Notes: a model not told the origin generated them from the sequence alone. A stretch of 64,000 bases of DNA from Paraspadella gotoi (GCA_051294375.1 CM119267.1:4506329-4570328); one strand, 5' to 3'; counted from the first letter of the stretch, positions 12,485-25,100 are shown. Program-made: numbers and translations.

Positions 12485-13050
12485 GTTTGGACCGCAATTG
12501 AGGAAGAGACTGAAGGGCGCAGAAAGGGGAGAGGGCGGAGAGGAACGAGGGGGCGTCGGGGGGGAGAGTCAGGGGGAGAGGAGGTGGAAACGAGGAGAAC
12601 CACCGCTGCTGAACCACAACGTACCCGCAGCGAACGACTGACGTCACGAGGCGGAGAGCGACNNNNNNNNNNNNNNNNNNNNNNNNNAACCTCGACGAGG
12701 AGGTCGAGGTGGAGAACGAGGAGAACGTCGCCCACGACCACCACAACGCCGACGACCACTACGACGACCACAACGACGACGACTACCACTCCTGAACCTA
12801 CTACGACCACGACTACCACGACTACCAAACCAACCACTACTACGACCACTACTACGACAAAAGCGACCACTAAGACAACGACCACTAAACCCACGACGAC
12901 GAAGAAGACGACGACGCCGACGACGACGACGACGACGAGAACGTCGAGAAGAAGGAAAATCGTGCGTCCATCGCCAAAGAACAACAACAACAACGACGAA
13001 GAAGAGAGACGCCGTCCGCGAGGGTTTTTCATGGACGCTTCAAGAACACG
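11597..13050 (+). CDS. Secreted mucin-like protein, exon 1 (signal peptide plus Thr/Pro/Lys-rich tract), split by duplication and indels
   Basis: ATG 11597 gives MNLKLQLSLFLLLCLLFLLSSGQTNRRRK. The second copy continues into TTTTPTTTT..PEPTTT..KPTTT..RGFFMDASRTR. Phase-2 donor GTGATT at 13051. Confidence 0.65.
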
Positions 13051-13365
13051 GTGATTATTGGGCGTTTGTATAATGTATAATGTATAATGTTTAATTTATA
13101 ATGCTTAGCCTGTACAATGCTTAGGCTGTACATGAGACAAGATAGCTTATTTATTGAATGAATGGATAATTTTATATTGGTTGTCCCTATTTCATAGCGA
13201 AGAGATCCTTATGGTAAACTTTTGCATTAATTGATTGATTTGAAGACGATCGGATTACATTCTACTATTGTTTAAATCTGTTAAAAATCCAGCCCATGCT
13301 GCCAGCACGTATTTTGCACCCTACACACTTATCACACAGTACACAGTCATCTTCCTCTTCTACAG

Positions 13366-13531
13366 GGCGGTGTATCGCGAACTGCTCGACGGTCGGAACA
13401 CCCTCTCCAAGGGCTTCAAGGATCAGTTCTTGAAGGACTGCAAGAGAAGGAACCCCCTGTCTTCTTGCGAATCTTACTACGCTGGAGTTATCCACTCTCG
13501 AGCCAAGATCTTCTACAAGTTTGGAATCTCG
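13366..13531 (+). CDS. Mucin-like protein exon 2
   Basis: ttctacag|G AVYRELLDGRNTLSKGFKDQFLKDCKRRNPLSSCESYYAGVIHSRAKIFYKFGIS|GTAAGC. Phases match the flanking exons. Confidence 0.75.
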
Positions 13532-14230
13532 GTAAGCCGGTGGGAGGTTTAAGAATCTCGCGTTTCACTATCTCGGCCAATAATCGGAATTTAATAATTT
13601 TCATGTATTGCGTTAACGGAGTTACATTTAGAACCACTAGTGAATANNNNNNNNNNGCAAGAGAAGGAACCCACTGTCTTCTTGCGAATCCTACTACGCT
13701 GGAGTTATCCACTCTCGAGCCAAGATCTTCTACAAGTTTGGAATCTCGGTAAGCCGGTGGGAGGTTTAAGACTCCAGCGTTTCACTAACTCGGCCAATAA
13801 TCGGAATTTAATGTTTTTCATGTATTGTGTTAACGGAGTTACATTTAGAACCACCAGTGAATACTGAGCGTGAACAAGATTGAAAAAATTGTTGGTAAAT
13901 AGCCGAAGGGCAATTCCGCTGTCGGACTAACTACACTACATCATGGTTTAATTTGCGAGAGTTTGAAAATTTCACATTTTTGTTTTTCGTGACGAATTTC
14001 TTTCAAAGTTACGTAAGAGTTGGTGAAGAAACGTAATTCAACTTGGTTTTTTTTGCAAGAATCATGAATGATAAAAGTAATCATCGTAAAAAACCGGACT
14101 AAAAGATTTTTTTCACCGAACATGAAAATTATTACTACCTCAAAATTTGTTATTTAACCGTTACAAAATTAAATAAAGCGTTCTGAAATATGCAAATGAG
14201 ATTATAGACTCTATGATTTACCATTGTCAG

Positions 14231-14397
14231 TTGGAGGAGTACGAGGAGGAGATGTCCCAAATTCTGGAGAGATGTTTGGACGACCTGGATTCGATCACGA
14301 GACCCAAAGCCAAAGACGAACTCGTCTCGATCCCCGAGAGGCTCAACCGGTGGCGCCTCTGCGTCTACAACGAAACAGTCAACGTCTGGTTTCTTGG
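14231..14397 (+). CDS. Mucin-like protein exon 3
   Basis: ttgtcag|LEEYEEEMSQILERCLDDLDSITRPKAKDELVSIPERLNRWRLCVYNETVNVWFLG|GTGGGA (donor choice inferred from phase). Confidence 0.7.
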
Positions 14398-14421
14398 GTG
14401 GGAATTCTGTTATTGTGGAAT

Positions 14422-14590
14422 GAATGAATGAATTTAATAAATGAATGAATGTATTTAATGAATAAATGAATGAATTAGAGAGTGAATGAGTGAATCAATG
14501 AATGTGTGAATGAATGAGTGAATCAATCAATAAATCAGTAAATCAATAGATCAATGAATAAACAAACAAATAATAAATAATGAATGAAAT
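14422..14590. repeat. (GAAT/CAAT)n tetranucleotide microsatellite
   Basis: Direct reading. Confidence 0.85.
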
Positions 14591-14970
14591 TATTTATTGC
14601 ATTTATCAATTAATAAATGAATGCAAAGAAAGAGTTGAGTTAGGCCTCCGTATTTTTTTTCATATATATCTTTTGTTTGAATTAAGTTATATCTACTTAC
14701 GTCGTATTTATTTTCTTTGAAATATTATACCACTTCATTGATAGGGAAGCCAGGTACTCTGGGAGTGAATAAACGAGACTGTGAGAGAGTCTTAATTGAA
14801 AGCTTGCAGGGACCTGCTATGTCATTATCTTGTAAGAGTGATGGAGGCCTTAAACCACCAAAGCCTGTCCAAAGTCAGGGGCAAGATAGCTTATTTATTA
14901 AATGAATGGATAATTTTTATATTGGTTGTACCAATTTCAATTTTATGAATACTTTTTTATTTTTTTTCAG

Positions 14971-15119
14971 ATCTATCTCCGAAGTTAAGCTGCCTTACCT
15001 TCTCGGCTGTCCGGTTGCCATTCCTAACGATGGCATCACCGTCTTCGACGATAACTTACTTCGGTTCTCTCTTACATTTACGACAATCATCTCGTCTCGC
15101 TCGCCGACATTCACTCCAG
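14971..15119 (+). CDS. Mucin-like protein exon 4, with one inferred small indel in the CT run near 15068
   Basis: tttttcag|A SISEVKLPYLLGCPVAIPNDGITVFDDNLLRF / SYIYDNHLVSLADIHSR|GTCGGT. The second frame joins exon 5 in phase. Confidence 0.55.
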
Positions 15120-15294
15120 GTCGGTCGGTCGGTCGTTTGGTCGGTCGGTCGGTCGCGTGTTTGTGAGATGGATTGATTAAATAGGACAAACGATTAGTCT
15201 AATTTCCCCCTGTTTTGTTTTATTTTTGTTTTATGAAATTGGTACAACCAATATAAAAGATTATCCATTCATTTAATAAATAAGCTATAGGCTA

Positions 15295-15793
15295 TGTCAC
15301 GAAACTAGTAACGAACTAGTCTCAGTGGACCTCTCCTCGTCCGTTGACCCGTCAGGCTGTTACTGGGTGACGCCGTCGTCCACTCGCCTCGTCTTCGCCG
15401 GAAGTGGGCGCGGTCTTGTCCAGCGCCCCGTCGACGGTGTGAAGCCCTGAGTCACTGGCTTTGTGGAAAGGTCCCGAGTCCATCACGAGAGTCTGAGGCT
15501 CCGGTCTTGTGGCCTCTTGGTGGCACTTCGCCCGCAAGTCTCTGGGCTTGTGGTGTACTTGTGGGGCAGTCTTTGGGGCTCGTGGCCCTAACCACAGAAC
15601 TACTGTAGAAAATGTAGACTTGAGTGACGTGGCATCTTTGTCCCGTAAAAGGCCGTTTGGGGACGGGTCTGAAGTCTGACTCTGAAAGTGTGTGACTAGA
15701 AAAGTGAAGGAAACAGGTACAGGTAAGGCAAAGAAAGCAGACGAAAAAGTACAAAGGTCAAATGAAACAAGTGAACAACGGCATATCTCATCA
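15295..15793. mobile_element. ~500-bp TG...CA insertion (solo-LTR-like) flanked by a 19-21-bp direct duplication
   Basis: aataaataagctataggctat occurs at 15275-15295 and 15793-15813. The insert starts tgtcacg, ends ctcatca, and splits the right arm of the inverted repeat. Confidence 0.6.
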
Positions 15794-16028
15794 ATAAATA
15801 AGCTATAGGCTATCTTGCTATCTTGCCCCTGACTTTGGACAGGCTTTGGTGGTTTAAGTCCTCCATCACTCCTTACAAGAAAATGACATAGCAAGGTTTC
15901 AATCAAGACTCTCTCGCAGTCTCGTTTATTCACTCCCAGAGTACCTTATTTTACTTTCCATAATATCATTTTCTATCTTCCGAACCTCACCCTTCCTTAC
16001 CCATTCCTGTCTCGCCTCCCTTTTGCAG

Positions 16029-16170
16029 AGCCGCCCAAATCGTCTACAAGTGCAGCATAACTGGGACGGTGCTGCGGATGTACCCGTTCCGCCGCTGCAT
16101 CGACAAAGAGGTCATCAAATTGGACGCGGAAGTGAGAGAGAAGGAACCGAAGAAGAAGACTTTCGGTTGA
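16029..16170 (+). CDS. Mucin-like protein terminal exon 5
   Basis: ttttgcag|A AAQIVYKCSITGTVLRMYPFRRCIDKEVIKLDAEVREKEPKKKTFG*. Confidence 0.7.
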
Positions 16171-16409
16171 GGCGAAAAAAAAAATACAGATCGTCTTTTG
16201 TTTATCTTTTTATTTTTGTTTTAAATCGTTTTAAATACATTTCGGTAAAAAATAATTTTGGGCGATGCATGAATTCTGTCATTTTTGTTTTGTGGATATT
16301 ATTTGTACGCGAAAGGAGTCGGGCTCTTTGGAAATTAAAAGCTTTATTTAGTAAGCGTGCAGTCTTTTTATAAACATTATTCTCTATCTTTATTTTTAGA
16401 ATATTTCTA

Positions 16410-16460
<51 letters not shown>

Positions 16461-17951
16461 CTCTCTCTCATTTAAATCGAGTTTCGCGGGCTGAATCCTC
16501 GCGCCGATGGACGAGTATTGCATTGCCACGAAATCAATAATTCTGTCGTCACGTCAAAGAAAGACAAATAGAAAAAAAAGCTTTTTACAATTATAGTTTT
16601 TACCCGTAAGTTTTCGGCTTAATTAAACACCGGCGCAACGAATGTTTTTAAATTTGTTTTGAAAATTTTACTATAATTTTTTTTTTTTTATTTTTTTTTA
16701 TAACTGCTTTCGAAGTCGGGTGGGCGGACACGGATACTCGTGTCACTAATAATTAGTCTACGGCCTCGACGCTACCGACGGGATGTTTGGTTCGGCGGTC
16801 GATAATGCTGACAAACGCGACAACGACGATGTAATAAATGGCGAATTCCCCCCAGCTTACGTTGACAAAACGACGACGACGACGCGAACAACCGGCGTTC
16901 CGAATCGTCCCGTTTCCAATTCAGCGAACTTCAACGATTCGCATCCAAACTGTCGCCCGCAACGACTGTGACGTTTACAACAAAACGAAAGATCGACTGA
17001 AAAAACAAAAAGAAACGGAACTAAACCAATTCGCACGACGGAGAAAACAAATAACACAAACGACAAAGAACAATATGCCGCGCGCCGAGAGAGAGGAGAG
17101 GCCTAGGGATAGGGAGAAAGGGGTCGAGAATCGGAGAGAGCGCGGCGAGGGGTGAGAGGAAGAGACGAGGGTGGAGAGAGAGCAGCCTGAAGAGGGAGAC
17201 AAAAACGGAGAGCAACGGAGACAAGACGGAGGAAGAGCAAATAGGAGAGGACAAGAAACGAAACGAAAGAAGTTGCGGAGAGGGGAGAAGAGAAGAGAGA
17301 GAGAGAGAGAGAGAAGAGAGAGAGATGGAGAGAGAGGAGAGAGAGAGATGGCAGAGAGAAGAGAGAGAGAGAAAGAGAGAGAGAGAAGGAGAGAAAAAAA
17401 AATCGATGCGCGGGAAGAAAAGGATTTTTTTCTAACAACGAAAAAAAAAAGCCAACCAAATGCTCTGTCACACCGGATTTCAAACTACGATAATTAATAT
17501 AAGAATATAATATTAATTATGTTTATATGTTACAGGCCTAAAAATGGTTCGACGTAAAATAAAACGTAGTTAATTAATGTATGTCTGTATAAATTTTCGA
17601 ATTGATATCTACTAAATTTAATGACCTCTCCCCACTCGAATCCATGATCGACCGAGTCGTGTCGCGTCGCATCTCATTCTCTCTCTCCTCCTCTCTCTTC
17701 TCCTCTCTCTTATTTTTCCTTTTTTATCGGATTTCTTTTTTCCTCGAAAAACCGAAATGGCAAATTTTTCAATTAATATTTAGTTTTAAATACAAAGAGT
17801 ACGACGACTAAGTTTTATAATGCATTACTGTCACTTCTCAAACGGACAAACGAAAATTTCTTCATAAACATTTACATTTTTATTATTATCAATAATAAGA
17901 GAAGCCGGATTCTCTCAACGATCATCAACTACAACAACAGCTCAAAAAACG

Positions 17952-18332
17952 ATGGCAGCTCCTCCTTCGCCGACTTCCGAAGTCGTTTCGATCGCGACGC
18001 CTTTCCCCGCCGCCGTCTCCGCCTCCGCCGCTTCCGCATCCGCATCCGCCGCCGCCGCTTCCCCTCTCCAACCCCTCTCCAGCCCGGTGATCATCCCGCC
18101 CTGCTTCTTCACATGCTCCGCCACCGCCCGCGATTCCCTGCTGACGCTGAGCGACGCCGAACGCGTGGCGGGGCGGTGGGCGGAGTTGGCGCCGGACGAG
18201 GTGGGCTCCGGCGTCGTCGTCGGCGAGAGCGTCGTGCTCATCGTCGTCGCCGTCGTCGGACTCGTCCTCAACGGAATCGCCTTCGGGTTGGGGAGGAAAA
18301 ACTCGATGAAAAAGACGAGGATTTATATGAAG
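17952..18332 (+). CDS. Class A (rhodopsin-like) GPCR exon 1: N-terminus, TM1 and ICL1
   Basis: MAAPPSPT..ESVVLIVVAVVGLVLNGIAFGLGRKNSMKKTRIYMK with a TM1 GxxxN-type motif. Probable GC donor AAG|GCGAGA. Confidence 0.75.
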
Positions 18333-18765
18333 GCGAGATGGAGGGGGGAGGGGGGGCGTAAGGTGTGTGAATTGAGTGGGTGTCGAGAGGTGAAGGTCGG
18401 CGCGAGTGAATCTGGGTTCGGTGAAAGCTGCACTCATCAAAAAGTTGCCGGAGAATAGCACCGAGTGGGTACTATTTATCATCTCCTTGGGTTGGAGTCC
18501 ATTTCGAAATATCTAGTGACACTTGTTTCATGAACCTTTTTACAGACAGACTGACTCATGAAAAGAACGAGACGGAACAATTGAGAGACTGATAATGATA
18601 ATATAGAAATAATGATAATATAGAAAAGTCGACAAAAAAAGAAAGGAAATAAAGTGAGACAATCGTCTGAGGTACGCATGAAAAAAAAGTCATACAAAGA
18701 TACTACGAACAACACCTTTAATTCCCGCCGCAAATAAAACTCCCCCCCCCCGGCGCCCCTACCAG

Positions 18766-18912
18766 GCCTTTCGCCAAAGCGGATTTCCATCGCTCTGCGT
18801 TTTCTCTTCATCGTCAACCAACTCGTCCTTCTACCGCTCTTAAGCTCTCTCCACATCTGAATACAGAGTCGTTCGAGGTGGCGCTCAACTAACTCGGCCT
18901 GCAGTCTCCGAG
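18766..18912 (+). CDS. GPCR exon 2: TM2, ECL1 and start of TM3 (indel-damaged)
   Basis: ctaccag|gcctttcgccaaagcggatttc reads A(F/L)AKADF after one indel (LAxxD-type). Continues FLFIVNQLVLLPL and ends ..NSAC..SE|GTCGCG. Confidence 0.55.
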
Positions 18913-19350
18913 GTCGCGCTGCTGCTTTTGTTTTATCGAAGGAATACTTATATTAGTAATGACGATTTACGCAGAGAAAAAGTTTGGGCAGCGCTTCTCT
19001 TTCTGCTCTCTCTCTCTCGTCTCTCTCTCTGTCTCACTTTTCAAACTCTCTCTGCTGCAGCCGTATATTTGCTGGAATTGCAAAAAATTTGTGACAGGAA
19101 ATCTAAAAAGCAATGACGACGGACGACGACGACGACGACGAGACGACCGACGACGAACGACGACGACGACGACGAGCTTCGTTAATCGATTTTCCGCATC
19201 GCGGCGTCCGTTCCGCTTTAGGACAGGTTTCCGCCACGCGTCGAGTCCGACATGACAAAGCATGGACATTTGGACAATTGGACAGACACGGACTGTCGAA
19301 TAGAACAAGAGAAGTTGAACAGACAGTCAGATAGTTAAATACAGGGTGGA

Positions 19351-21470
19351 TTTTTAGTCGGATCTGCTTCAGCAGATCCGCGTCTCTATAATTCACTTTT
19401 TGTCCGGTCGCGTCGTCCGCCCCCTGCAATCTTGTCGGGCATTCACTTATTATTCAATGTGCAGTAACATCGAATTATGATAAATTATGCAAAAAAAATG
19501 AATGTCGTCATCCTCTGTCTGTCCGTCTGTCCGTCCCATCGTCCGTCCATCCGCCGTCGCACTTTAGCAAAAACACGCAAATTACTTCGTGATTGGATGG
19601 ATGGATTGGACATGAAAATTTTTGGGTGTGGGTAGCGGAAGTGTGTGATTAAGCTGATAATGAAGTTTCGAATGTTTTTAATCGTCCGAGTGGAAATTAG
19701 TTTAAATAGAAAAAACAAAAAAATATATTTCACTATTTGAACACCAATTACTCATGAGTGAATGGGGCAAATTGACTGAATATTTTGTATTTGGTGGAAA
19801 AGTGTGTGATTAAACTGGAAATGCAAGTTTTGATGGAATAGTTTTGAGTGGAAAATGAGTTTAAAATGGAAAAAAAAGAACCTGTTTCACTAAATTGATT
19901 AATGCTTCTTTTTCTTTTTATTTTAAATGTAAATGCAAGATATATTAATTAATCAAATAATTAATCAGTTAATTAGTTTAATTAATCAATTAAATAAATG
20001 CAGTCGATTAATCAATCAATTATTCAATCAATCAAATTACAGGGTAGTTGAATCAAAACTTAGAATAGAATTTTTACAATTAGAATTTCAATGGCTAAAA
20101 ACTTATTGAAATTTATTTATAATAGCACAAAATAATCACTGATGTTTTTCTCTTCTCCTGATATAGGTTTTATTTTTTTATGGCTGCGAACCAATACTTC
20201 CTAGCGTATTGAAAGAAGAACGCAAAAGTTGGTTGAATTTTGCTCCGCGCCGGATTTGCAGGCTTTAAACCACTACTAAATATGTTAACATTTCTAGTAT
20301 TATGTTATATAATAAAAGGTTAATTAAAGAATAGGAATTAACTAGTATTCTAGTTGGGAACCAGTGCACTAAAGGCTAGTCCTATTAGAGCCATATTATA
20401 AAGGTGCTGCAACGCAATAATTGAATTAGCCTCATATGGCTAAAATTGAAAATTCTAAAGAGAGCAAATGAAGAACTCATTTAGAAATATATACTGGGGA
20501 GATGTTTCTGTTATTAGCCCTATGGCGCATAAGCTGGCAGCGTTTGAGAGTTTATTTTTATGCCTTGTTACTAAAAAGCAATTTAAGATGCCTGTAAAAT
20601 TTTTTTTTTTCCTTACAGGTTCAACTGTAGTGCCTCTCTGGCTGAGTGCGATCTCTGTAAGCTTATGAAAACAATAACTAAATGAAGTTGGGACTCTATG
20701 TATAACATATCAAGTTAAATAGCAAAATGTCTAACCTACTGCAAAGCGTCAGATAAATAATAACTTCTTTGTATTTTTGGCTACTGGGGAAAAACGCATT
20801 GCTGAGTCTACTATAGAGTACTTGAGATTTCCATTTCTTGACATTTATGAGAGGCAATGACCACCTTGGGTTTAATATGTATGGCTGTAACAATGGGCTT
20901 ATTGCTAACAGCTGAAGAAAAATATGAAGAATTCAGATGCAGCAAACATTTGGATTTTTTGACTGCAAGATTTTCGGCTTGATATTATCCAAATATCCAT
21001 ATAATTACCCTTAACTGTGCTTAGTAGGCGTTTTAAAGAGGGGGGCACCCATATCACTTTTTAACGGGCAAAATAATGATAGGTCTAGGATAAAACCGTT
21101 TCTGACTACGGCCCAATATTTCAAAGATTTTTTATGAGAGCCAGCTGTGATTCTTTTGGGTGCTGTGGCAGGTGTTGTTTTTGCAACAGCGATTATCGCA
21201 TGGCATTAATAGTTAGAAAAAGGTCTGATTTAAGTATTCCAATTCATATTTTTTTTATTTTAATACAAATAAGTCATAAAATAAAAAAAGTAATACAGAT
21301 TTTCTAAGTTTTGAATCCTACAGTATTTTATCTATTAATTATTCAATCAATTTATTTATCAATTAATTATTTAATCAATCAAGTAAATCGTTATCGGCAA
21401 TTATTGTCGTCGTCGCATCATCGTCGTCATTGCTTTTGTCGTGGTTAGTGACGATAAGACCAAACTAGTG
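19351..21470 (+). mobile_element. HINE/Helentron-like element interrupted by a nested TIR element
   Basis: T-run, then hairpin cggatctgc-ttca-gcagatccg (19359-19380) and a GTCY microsatellite at ~19515-19555. The body is collinear with 21541-22343 and resumes at 21326 after the nested insertion. Confidence 0.7.
20040..21323. mobile_element. ~1.28-kb TA-flanked element with imperfect TIRs (Tc1/mariner-like, non-autonomous or decayed)
   Basis: Left end ta|cagggtagttgaatcaaaacttagaa; right end ttctaagttttgaatcctacag|ta. Inserted in the AATC/AATT tract of the HINE. No transposase recognised. Confidence 0.5.
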
Positions 21471-21540
21471 GCTGCGCCAATACATGTAATCGCTTTCAAA
21501 GGCTTAAGCTGAACTGTTACTGCGGCAATAAATATATATT

Positions 21541-22343
21541 TTTAGTCGGATCAGGCAGATCCCAACTTCTATAATCATTTTGTCGGTCCGTCGGTCCGCC
21601 CCCTCAATATTGTCGGGCAACACACTTATATCAATGTAGCAGAACATCCCAATTTAAATGGATAAAAAATTTTTATGCAAAAAATAAAATGATGTACGTC
21701 CGTACGTCCCACCTTAGCAAAACACCATTACTCGTGATTGGATGGATGGATTTTGAATGAAATTTTGTGTGTGGGTAGGGAAGTTGTGTGATTGAGATTA
21801 GATTATGAAGTTTTCAATGAATCGTCCGAGTTTAAATGGAAAAAACAAAAATATATTTGACTATTTGAAACACGCATGCTCATGAGTGGATGGGGCAATT
21901 GACCTTGAATTTGTATGGTAGGGTAGAAAAGTGTGTGATTTAAGCTGGAAATCAAGTTTCGATGGACCTATCTTAAGTGGAAATAGTTTAGCATGGAAAA
22001 AAGAAAAAACCTGTTTCAACTAATTCGATTATGCTTTCTTTTTCTATTCAAATATAAATGCAGGAATGTATTAATTAATCAAATAATTAATGCCAAATTA
22101 GTCAATAATTAATAAATAATTAATCAGTCAATTAAATAAGTCACATCATTATCGGCATTATTCTCATCGTCATTGCTTTTGTCGTGGTTATTGACAAAAA
22201 ATCTAAAAAAAAACATTCTGGGATCAAATTAATTAATTGCCTAATTAATTAATTAATTAATCTTGAAATAATTCAATTATTAATTAAAGTGAATTACCGA
22301 TACTTATCGTGGACAAGATCCGCATTGTTTGCTCAAACTTGTT
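21541..22343 (+). mobile_element. Apparently complete ~800-bp HINE/Helentron-like element
   Basis: 5' tttagtcggatc..gcagatccc; gtccgt core; AATT-rich tract; 3' subTIR agatccgc plus stem-loop gtttg-ct-caaac and a cttgtt terminus in a T-rich target. Confidence 0.7.
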
Positions 22344-22394
22344 TTTAAATTTGCATCATTTTTTAACTTTTTTCATTTTTTTATATTTTTCCAG

Positions 22395-22515
22395 CTTGTA
22401 ATCGCATTTTTTAGCTTGCAATTTTTTTTTTTAATCATTTTTTTAGCGTGCATACATTTTTTCAACTTGCATCAAAATTTTTTCAACTTGCATGCATTTT
22501 TTCAACTTGCATACC
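22395..22515. repeat. 17-bp minisatellite (caacttgcata/ttttt), short array
   Basis: Repeated ttcaacttgcat units, same family as 23450-23740. Confidence 0.75.
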
Positions 22516-23449
22516 TATGATGGAGAAAAAAGTGTCGCGTTTGGGAAAAGCCAGTTAATTTTTATTGTCAAATATATTTTTTTGGCTAATAAATAAAGTT
22601 TTTAATAGTAATATGACCTGCCTAAGACTGAATAAAATAATTATTTTTCAACGAATAAATTATTCAATGCATTCCAAAGAGGTTATCTAACTGTTTACAC
22701 TTCTTTTTGATTAAGAGAACTACTCATATTATTGTTAAAATTATATCCTGACATGCTATTTTTTATCAGAATTGGGGCAAAAAATTGTCGTTAGCAAGCA
22801 GTGAAAAAGAGTGATTCCTCCTATAAAGTAAAACCATGCTTGAGCTTGTTCATTGTCTTTCACTTCAACAATAAAATTTTTATTTTTTTATTTTTTGGAC
22901 TTGTTTGGATTTACTCTGATTCTGATATACATCCAAAGTAAATAAAAATGTAACCTTTGCTTAACAGAAAGGTTACCGGAACCTTATACTTTTATTGATA
23001 CTTTGGCAAATTTAAAATAATATTCTGTAACATGCTACAAGCATCAAATGTATTTTTAATATTGCTTTTTTTTTAACATATGAATTAAGATTTATCCCTG
23101 AATCTATCCTAAGAGAGATAATGCAATACCATATTGAAATAAGACTGAGAAAATGGCAGGGAATTTTTAATAGTATTTAATTAAACTAAAAAGTAATAAA
23201 AAGAACCGGAAATGAGTAAATAAAAAAGTATAGATATAAAAGGATAACAATGAAGGAAGCATTTTTTTGGACATACACAATTTTTTTTTCCATGGAACTC
23301 CTGTATTTTTGTCATACATAAATGAGTCACAGCTTATATGAATCACAAAGGCCAAAGTTTCTTAATATCTTAAATTTTATTTTTTGATTCTTTAACATTA
23401 AAATTCAAAAAAGAATAACTTGAAAGTACCTCGACAATTTTTTTCTAGC

Positions 23450-23740
23450 ATAATTTTTTCCACTTGCATAATTTTTCAACTTGCATAATTTTTTCGAACT
23501 TGCATAATTTTTTTCAACTTGCAATAATTTTTTCAACTTGCATAATTTTTTTTCAACTTGCATAAATTTTTCAACTTGCCATAATTTTTCAACTTGCTTA
23601 ATTTTTCAAACTTGGCATAATTTTTTCAAACTTGCATATTTTTTCAACTTGCATATTTTTTCCACTTGCATAATTTTTTCAACTTGGCATAATTTTTTGC
23701 AACTTGCATAATTTTTTCAACTTGAAAAAATTATGCAACT
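23450..23740. repeat. ~17-bp tandem minisatellite CAACTTGCATAATTTTT
   Basis: About 16 near-identical units with variable T-run length. Related reverse-strand units at 2428-2470 and 28900-29140. Confidence 0.9.
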
Positions 23741-24229
23741 TTTTAGCATTTTTTTACCTTTCAACTATCTAGTTTATCAAGTTCAATGAATGAAGCAGTG
23801 AGGAAATTGAAATGTGTGTCCCATTTTTTTTGTTTTATATCGATTCCAAATATTTTTTTGTTTGAATTTGCATTTATCAGATTTACTACAATAGTGCAGT
23901 TTAGATTTTAATACTTTTTTATTAATTTCTTGATAAGTAAGGTCTGTGGCGGATCATTATACTTTGAAAGCAGAGATGTTGGAAGCGATCGATTTTTTCC
24001 GCCGCTGCCAATCGGGCTTCCGCAAGACCCCTAGCCGCTCCCGTTTTCGGGGTGCAATCCTTACTTTTTTTAGCGCCGGGAATTCCCGCCTTTCCCCCCG
24101 GTTTCGAGTGCACATCGCTCCTTCTTTTAGAAATTTTATATTTGTTATTATTTATAAAATATTCTCTTTAGACATGTAATTCATTGTAGATAATTTAACA
24201 ATCTTTTTGTTAACAATAACAAGTAAAAT

Positions 24230-25100
24230 TTTTACATATGAAAATTGTAAGATTGGTAAGAATCGTTTTTTAGTGGAAATAAATTTAAATTAAAAAAAAA
24301 CCTGTTTCATATTTGCCTTTTCTTTTTATTAAATGTAATACAAGCTGCATTTAATTATTTTAATTATCCAATTAATTAATCAATCAATCAATTTAACTAA
24401 TCAACTAATCAATCAAAAAATTAATGAATCATTTTTTTTATTTATTAATAATTTAATTAATCAATTAATTTAACAATCAACTAATTAATAAATTTTATTT
24501 ATCAATTAAATTATTAAAAGAACAAATTAATTAATTAATCAATGAATTAATCAATTAAAACAATCTCAGTATTAACATTGTCAGTCTCCAACGTCGTTCT
24601 TGCTTTTGTCGCTGGTCAGTGACCTGACGAACAAGACCTAAAAACTAACAGGCCTGATATGAATTTCATTTAATTGATCAATCATTTATTTTCTATAATC
24701 ATGACGGTGGCTTTCCTTGTTATCATCATCAGGTCGTCATTTCTTTTGTCATAATTATATAATAAATAAAACGAAAAAACAAAATAAGCAAAAATGATAA
24801 AAATAATAAACAACTAGTATTTACATTAGGTTAGCCATAATATAGGTTGGGTTATGAAAACAGGTCATTCTTATTGAGCGCACTACTGTACTAACGGGTT
24901 GTCTATCGTCATTGTATTCGTCGTCGTTATCGTCTTTGTTCAAATCCATTTGAAAAGCTGGCCAAATGTTGCGATGTGTCATTCTTTTTAATTAATAAAT
25001 ATGTAATTAATTAAATAATTTATTATTTTTTTAACTTAAATTAATAATTAATTACCGATAATGATCGTTGGCAGATCCGGCATTGTTTGCCAAACTTATT
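24230..25100 (+). mobile_element. 3' portion of a HINE-like element
   Basis: agtggaaat..aaaacctgtttca, AATT tract, gcttttgtcg..gtcagtgac, terminus ggcagatccggcattgtttgccaaacttatt. Confidence 0.6.

Larger units (their letters stand above)
14752..15946. repeat. Long inverted repeat bracketing exon 4 (14752-14940 vs 15234-15290 plus 15810-15946)
   Basis: ggtactctgggagtgaataaacgagactg..cctgtccaaagtcaggggcaagatagc occurs as a reverse complement at 15810-15946. The inner 55-bp motif is inverted at 15234-15290. Confidence 0.85.

Noticed and set aside
13657-13866. Second copy of mucin exon 2 as a possible mutually exclusive exon
   Set aside because: It directly follows a 10-N gap and differs only by few SNPs (coding ones synonymous). 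The inverted copy has a single exon carrying these variants, so this is a haplotype overlap.
23450-23740. Possible CRISPR array
   Set aside because: Head-to-tail repeats without unique spacers, no cas genes, eukaryotic context.
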